Below are positions 59,960 to 64,000 of a stretch of 64,000 bases of DNA, piece by piece. Under the pieces are notes generated by a model. The model was not told the origin of the DNA, did not search any database, and worked only from the letters and a program-made list of their open reading frames with translations. Each line of letters begins with the position of its first letter. Within the stretch, counting starts at the first letter, position 1. The stretch is from NCBI GenBank assembly GCA_010909165.1, contig MU008172.1, forward strand, positions 186,001 to 250,000, given 5' to 3'. Made by a program: the position numbers and the translations under genes. The DNA comes from Anthoceros angustus (lineage: Eukaryota; Plantae; Anthocerotophyta).

Positions 59960-61030
59960 GAGGAGCTACTGGGTGCCTCCCTTGCGGCGCCTTGGCCTCG
60001 CCCGCCTCGCGCCCGCCTCCGCCCGCCTCCGCGCCCTCGCGCGCCGCCTCTCCTTCCCTTGATTGCCGCCCCGTCCCCGGTTGGGCGCGCCTGCGTCGTC
60101 CCTCGGCCCAGGCCGCTTGCTGCCGTCCCTCGTCTCCCTTGCCCGCCTCCGTCCCTCGGCGGCTGCGTAGCGAGCCCTGCCTTCGCCCGTGGCAGCGGCC
60201 GCCCTTCACTCGCTGCGGTCAGCGCGAAACCCCCGCCCCGGCTGCGCCGCCCTCGGTCCACATTCGTGGCAGGTGGGGCTCGCCCGCCTCGCCCGCCACA
60301 CTTTGTGCGGCGTCGACCAGTGAAGGCCCGCCCGCCTCGCCGCCTCGCCCGCGCCCGCCTCGCCCGCCCGCCTCGCCTCGCCCGCCTCGCCCGCCTCGCC
60401 CGTGCCACCGCCTCGCCGCCTCGCCCGCCTCCGTTGCCCGCGCCCGCCTCGCGCCCGCGCCCGCGCCCGCCTCGCCGCCTCGCCCGCGCGCCGCCTCGCC
60501 ACGCACCGCCCTCCCGCCTCCGCCTTGCCCGCCCGCCTCGCCGCCTTGCCCGCCTCTCCTTCCCGTGCCGCCTCCGTCCCTCACCCGGTGAGGCCGCACG
60601 CCTCGTCCGTCCCTCGGCCCATTGCGAGCCCGCTTGCCTCGTCCCTCGTCTCCCTTGCCCTCCGTCCCTCGCCACGCCCGCCTCCGCCTCGCCCGGCCTT
60701 GCCCGCCTCGCCGCCCGCCTCCGCCCCGCTGCGGTCAGCGCGAAACCCCGCCCCGGTGCACAGCTCGCCCCTCGCGGCGGCCGCCCGTCGTGGCGGTGGG
60801 GCTCGCCCGCCACTTTGTGCGGCGTCGACCAGTGAAGGCGCTGGTGGCGAGCGCCTCTGCACGGCACGCTCGCTGCACACACACTGCTGGGCCTTTGCTG
60901 CCTCGCACCTCGTCGCCCGTGCCACCGCCTCGGGACCTCGCCCCTCCACGCCCCTCCGCACTGCGTGCGTGGGTCGCCCGTGCACCGTCGCAGTCGTGAA
61001 AGCAACCCGCCAAGGTGATGTTCCTCGCCC
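59960..61030. repeat. Very GC-rich CGCCT/CGCCC tandem array with a larger internal repeat (cgctgcggtcagcgcgaaacccc...cactttgtgcggcgtcgaccagtgaagg at about 60210 and 60727)
   Basis: Directly visible; strong C skew on the + strand. Confidence 0.85.
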
Positions 61031-61419
61031 TGCCTAAACCCCCGCCGCCCAAATTTCTTAGGATATGAACCCTAAAACGGGCATGTGGTTTATGGCCACG
61101 CCCGCCTCCCTAATGGAATGCGGGCATAAAAAAATTTCTTGATGCGTGCGGGAGAAAAAAGCAGTGAGTCGGGAAAAACCCTAAAGTTCCTTTCTTTCTT
61201 CCGGTGACTCGGGTGCTTGGTGCCCGTCCCTCGGCTACCCCATTTGGTCGGGTTACCAAACCGGACACCAAAAGTTTTGCGGAAAATAAAAATGCCCCGT
61301 CCCCTCTGTCCTCTTTGGTATGCCATACCTATCAATCAAAATTTAAATTTTTCTTTTTTTTGGATAGTTTTATTCTTAAATTTATAATATTTTATTTTTT
61401 TTAAATAGGAAAAATGTAA

Positions 61420-61477
61420 TCGGGACACCTCCCTTAATGGGACCTCTAAAGGCACTCCGAATTAGGGGGGTGGACTG
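61420..61477. mobile_element. Orphan right TIR of a pogo-like element
   Basis: TCCGAATTAGGGGGGTGGACTG|TA resembles TCCCAATTAGAGGGGTTTGACTG|TA at 9347-9371. No left TIR found. Confidence 0.6.
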
Positions 61478-61574
61478 TATATATTATGTACCTACACTGA
61501 TATTGTAGCTTTACAGACATTATAGGCCCTATATCTTCATTCTGTTTCTTCCTGTGAGCTCCAAAGAGAGCGGT

Positions 61575-64000
61575 ATGGGTGGTAAGCGCCGCCGGCAGGC
61601 GGTGTTCCAGGAAGAGCAAGAGGAAATGGCTGGTGTGGACGAGCAACCGGGTGTGAACGAGCAAGCCGTAGCTGTGTTTCCTAATGGAATCGCAAATGGA
61701 CGGGAAGCTGAGGCGGAGACTTCCGGCGCTGTTGAGAAGCCGGTGGGGCTACAGATTTACTGGAATCTCTCTCTGAGAGATCAGAAAGCTAGGGAGGAGG
61801 CCTCGGTTGCGTTGGTGAAAGAGCTGACATTGGCGCAGCAGGAATGGGAGGGAAGTAGGAAGGGGGGGCAGAAAGCAGCGCAAGAGGAGGTGTTGGGAGC
61901 TTCCTCTGATGAAGTGCTGCTGGCGGGGTGTGCTCCGGATGTGCGCTATGCTTTGCGTCGGCTTGTGCGGGGTCTGTCGTCGTCCAGGGAGACCGTTCGA
62001 CAGGGATTTGCTTCTGCCCTCGCGGCGGTGCTTGGTGCTCTGACGTGTGTGGATGGGGAAGCTGTATTGAAGCTGGTGAATAAGAATTTGGAGGTTGCCT
62101 CCTCCATGAAAGGCCAGGAAGCAAGAGATGTGCTGTTAGGGCGCCTGTTTGCGCACGGTGCACTGATACGAGGTTTCAGAGAGAGAACCATGTCAGTGGA
62201 GCTGGCCCAGGAGATTACGCAGCTGCTTTTGTCTCTAGCTGCCCGGAAGACCTTTTTGCGGGAGCCCTCCGTTTCTCTGTTGTTAGAGTTTGCAGAACCC
62301 TTGCCTGCAGAGGTTTTGAGGAAGGGCGTTTTTTCTGCTCCTTTGTTCCAAGAATGGATCCAGGCGAAGCTGGATGGCGCTAGCCCTGATGCGTTGTTAA
62401 TGGCATTGAGATTGTTCCCGAAACTACCTGCTCCAACAAGGGAGAGCTGTGCGTTGGTTTCGGGTTCTGACGATTTGAAGCAGGTACTCAGTCCGGCGCA
62501 TCTCTCATCTCTAGTTCCGATTTTAAAGGAGACAACCTGCAGCCTTCCGAGGGTGCACTCGTTGTGGCCAGTCTTCCTCGAGCTGCTGCTGTCAGGTAAC
62601 AAAGTTGGGGTTCCAGAAAGGAAACGGAAAAAGAAGCCAGCATCAAATGTTGGCCAGGAATGGGAGACCAATCTAAAGAATTTCTGGAAGATTGTGGTTG
62701 AAGAGGGCTTATTAACTTCTTCTCATGAGAGGAAGCACTTGGCCATGGAGCTGTTGCTACTGCTTCTCCCTCGCTTGAGTCCATCGTTGGTGAGGATTGT
62801 TTTAACAGGACCCATTGTGCGCTGCCTATCGGATGTGCTTTCTGGACAGCAGACTTGGTTGCACAAAGCTGCTCAGAGGTGTTTGCAGGAAATTTGTCAA
62901 TGGGCTCAACAAGAGGATGAGCGCATCATTGAAGTGATAATCAGCTTGCAAGGATGCACTTGTGGGAAATTTGATGTGAAGTCCAGCACTCAAACGGTCA
63001 GGACTCTTTTTAGCAAGCTATCAGGTGAAAGCAGCTGGAGGGCTTTGATCACAAGGCTTTTCAAATGTTTTCTTCAAGGTTCTCCTGGGGTACATGAACA
63101 CAAAGGAGCTAGTGCAGTGGTAGGTGGAATGGAAGACCTAGGTTCTTCTGGGCACGAGACTAAGGAGGATGTAAACGAAGGGCAGGACGGTGGAGAAGAA
63201 GAGCTGACTACCGAGGATCACTCAGCTTTGGATATGGCAAAAGTTTGGGTTATAGACCAGCTTCTGCTAGTTTTTAAGGTTGCGCAGCTTGAACCTGTGG
63301 TTCGGTCTAGTCTGCAAAAAGACGTTCTTCGGTTTTTGGCTTTGCATGGGTTGTTCCAGGCAAGTGCTCTTGTGGATAGAGAGATAACGGATGTGGGTGA
63401 AAAGTTGGAATTTCCGGAGGGGCCCATCTCAAACCATGTACGGAACATGTGTGTTACTCGACTCTCTACTCTTCTGGTGGATGCACAACGGTCTGTTCCC
63501 TTTAAGCACAAACCGAAAAATCAGGGGAATGAAGCAGACAGGGATAACGTTGATTCATCACAAACAGAAGATTTTGCAGGATTTTTAGTTGAATTTTTGG
63601 CCAGGGTCCAGAAGTTTGACTATATATCATTTGTGCGTCCACTGTCAGAAGATAACAGGAAGGCCTTGACAGGTCTTCATGCAGCTCTTGTGCAAGTGAC
63701 CAAAGCCCTATCTACATGTGACAAGGAGAGCGCAGCGAAGCTGAGAGCAATGCGGCTGTTTTTGGTACAGCTACTTTTTCGATTATATGTGGAGCCAGAT
63801 GCTCCAAGTGACATAGTGGCAGAGCTGCTGCTGTGCTGTCAATACCTGTTTGGGCAGCTCTTTGAGGTGCCAGTGGCAGTTGCCCCACCTGATAACGCTG
63901 AACTTCCAAATACTATGGATGTTCTGGTTGACATTTTGTTGTCAGTGCTAATACAGCCTTCCGCGCGTCTTCGGGCTGGTGCAGAGCAATTGTTTAAAGT
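61575..64000 (+). CDS. MYB-binding protein 1A / DNA polymerase V (Pol5) family nucleolar protein, 3'-partial
   Basis: MGGKRRRQ...YWNLS...REEASVALVKEL...CAPDVRYALRRLVRGLSSSRETVRQGFASAL...SSHERKHLAMELL...PSARLRAGAEQLFK. The start and the last codons are in the same frame; no stop falls in the window, so the ORF track omits it. Confidence 0.9.
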   Translation, partial: MGGKRRRQAVFQEEQEEMAGVDEQPGVNEQAVAVFPNGIANGREAEAETSGAVEKPVGLQIYWNLSLRDQKAREEASVALVKELTLAQQEWEGSRKGGQKAAQEEVLGASSDEVLLAGCAPDVRYALRRLVRGLSSSRETVRQGFASALAAVLGALTCVDGEAVLKLVNKNLEVASSMKGQEARDVLLGRLFAHGALIRGFRERTMSVELAQEITQLLLSLAARKTFLREPSVSLLLEFAEPLPAEVLRKGVFSAPLFQEWIQAKLDGASPDALLMALRLFPKLPAPTRESCALVSGSDDLKQVLSPAHLSSLVPILKETTCSLPRVHSLWPVFLELLLSGNKVGVPERKRKKKPASNVGQEWETNLKNFWKIVVEEGLLTSSHERKHLAMELLLLLLPRLSPSLVRIVLTGPIVRCLSDVLSGQQTWLHKAAQRCLQEICQWAQQEDERIIEVIISLQGCTCGKFDVKSSTQTVRTLFSKLSGESSWRALITRLFKCFLQGSPGVHEHKGASAVVGGMEDLGSSGHETKEDVNEGQDGGEEELTTEDHSALDMAKVWVIDQLLLVFKVAQLEPVVRSSLQKDVLRFLALHGLFQASALVDREITDVGEKLEFPEGPISNHVRNMCVTRLSTLLVDAQRSVPFKHKPKNQGNEADRDNVDSSQTEDFAGFLVEFLARVQKFDYISFVRPLSEDNRKALTGLHAALVQVTKALSTCDKESAAKLRAMRLFLVQLLFRLYVEPDAPSDIVAELLLCCQYLFGQLFEVPVAVAPPDNAELPNTMDVLVDILLSVLIQPSARLRAGAEQLFK

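Noticed and set aside
54850-61050. Many long Pro/Arg/Gly/Ala-rich ORFs in the track
   Set aside because: They are open in several frames on both strands because extreme GC and low complexity exclude stop codons; no domains are recognisable.
61789-63909. Minus-strand ORFs over the last 2.4 kb
   Set aside because: Antisense shadows of the MYBBP1A/Pol5 coding frame.

Overview
Eukaryotic nuclear DNA from a green plant. A non-seed streptophyte is my inference from short GT-AG introns, a germin-like gene and a cyanobacterial-type M23 peptidase. Four host genes are supported: germin-like protein (9.6-10.3 kb), SUMO E2 SCE1/UBC9 (5 exons, 11.7-12.6 kb), M23 metallopeptidase (2 exons, 13.5-14.4 kb) and a MYBBP1A/Pol5-family gene running off the right end (from 61.6 kb). 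The rest is mostly nested mobile DNA. It includes a Copia with an open pol ORF whose 3' LTR abuts half a tRNA-Glu gene, TIR elements of two families, Gypsy and Copia remnants, and a Ulp1-like peptidase remnant. The main finding lies at about 16.4-38.8 kb. Reading across frameshifts, this DNA-transposon block contains a Sola-like/DUF7869-type DDD transposase, two ParB/Srx-like (GGNH) domains, four beta-class N4/N6 DNA methyltransferase-like domains, and a probable 2OG-Fe(II) dioxygenase. The methyltransferase catalytic motif is non-canonical (D-[LV]-P-R-G), so this looks like a transposon-borne DNA-modification kit. Caveat: 16.5-60 kb is full of 1-3 bp indels and has two N bases, while the host genes are clean. 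Frameshifts and some tandem duplications there may therefore be long-read or assembly error rather than decay. All domain calls are by-eye motif recognition, not database searches.
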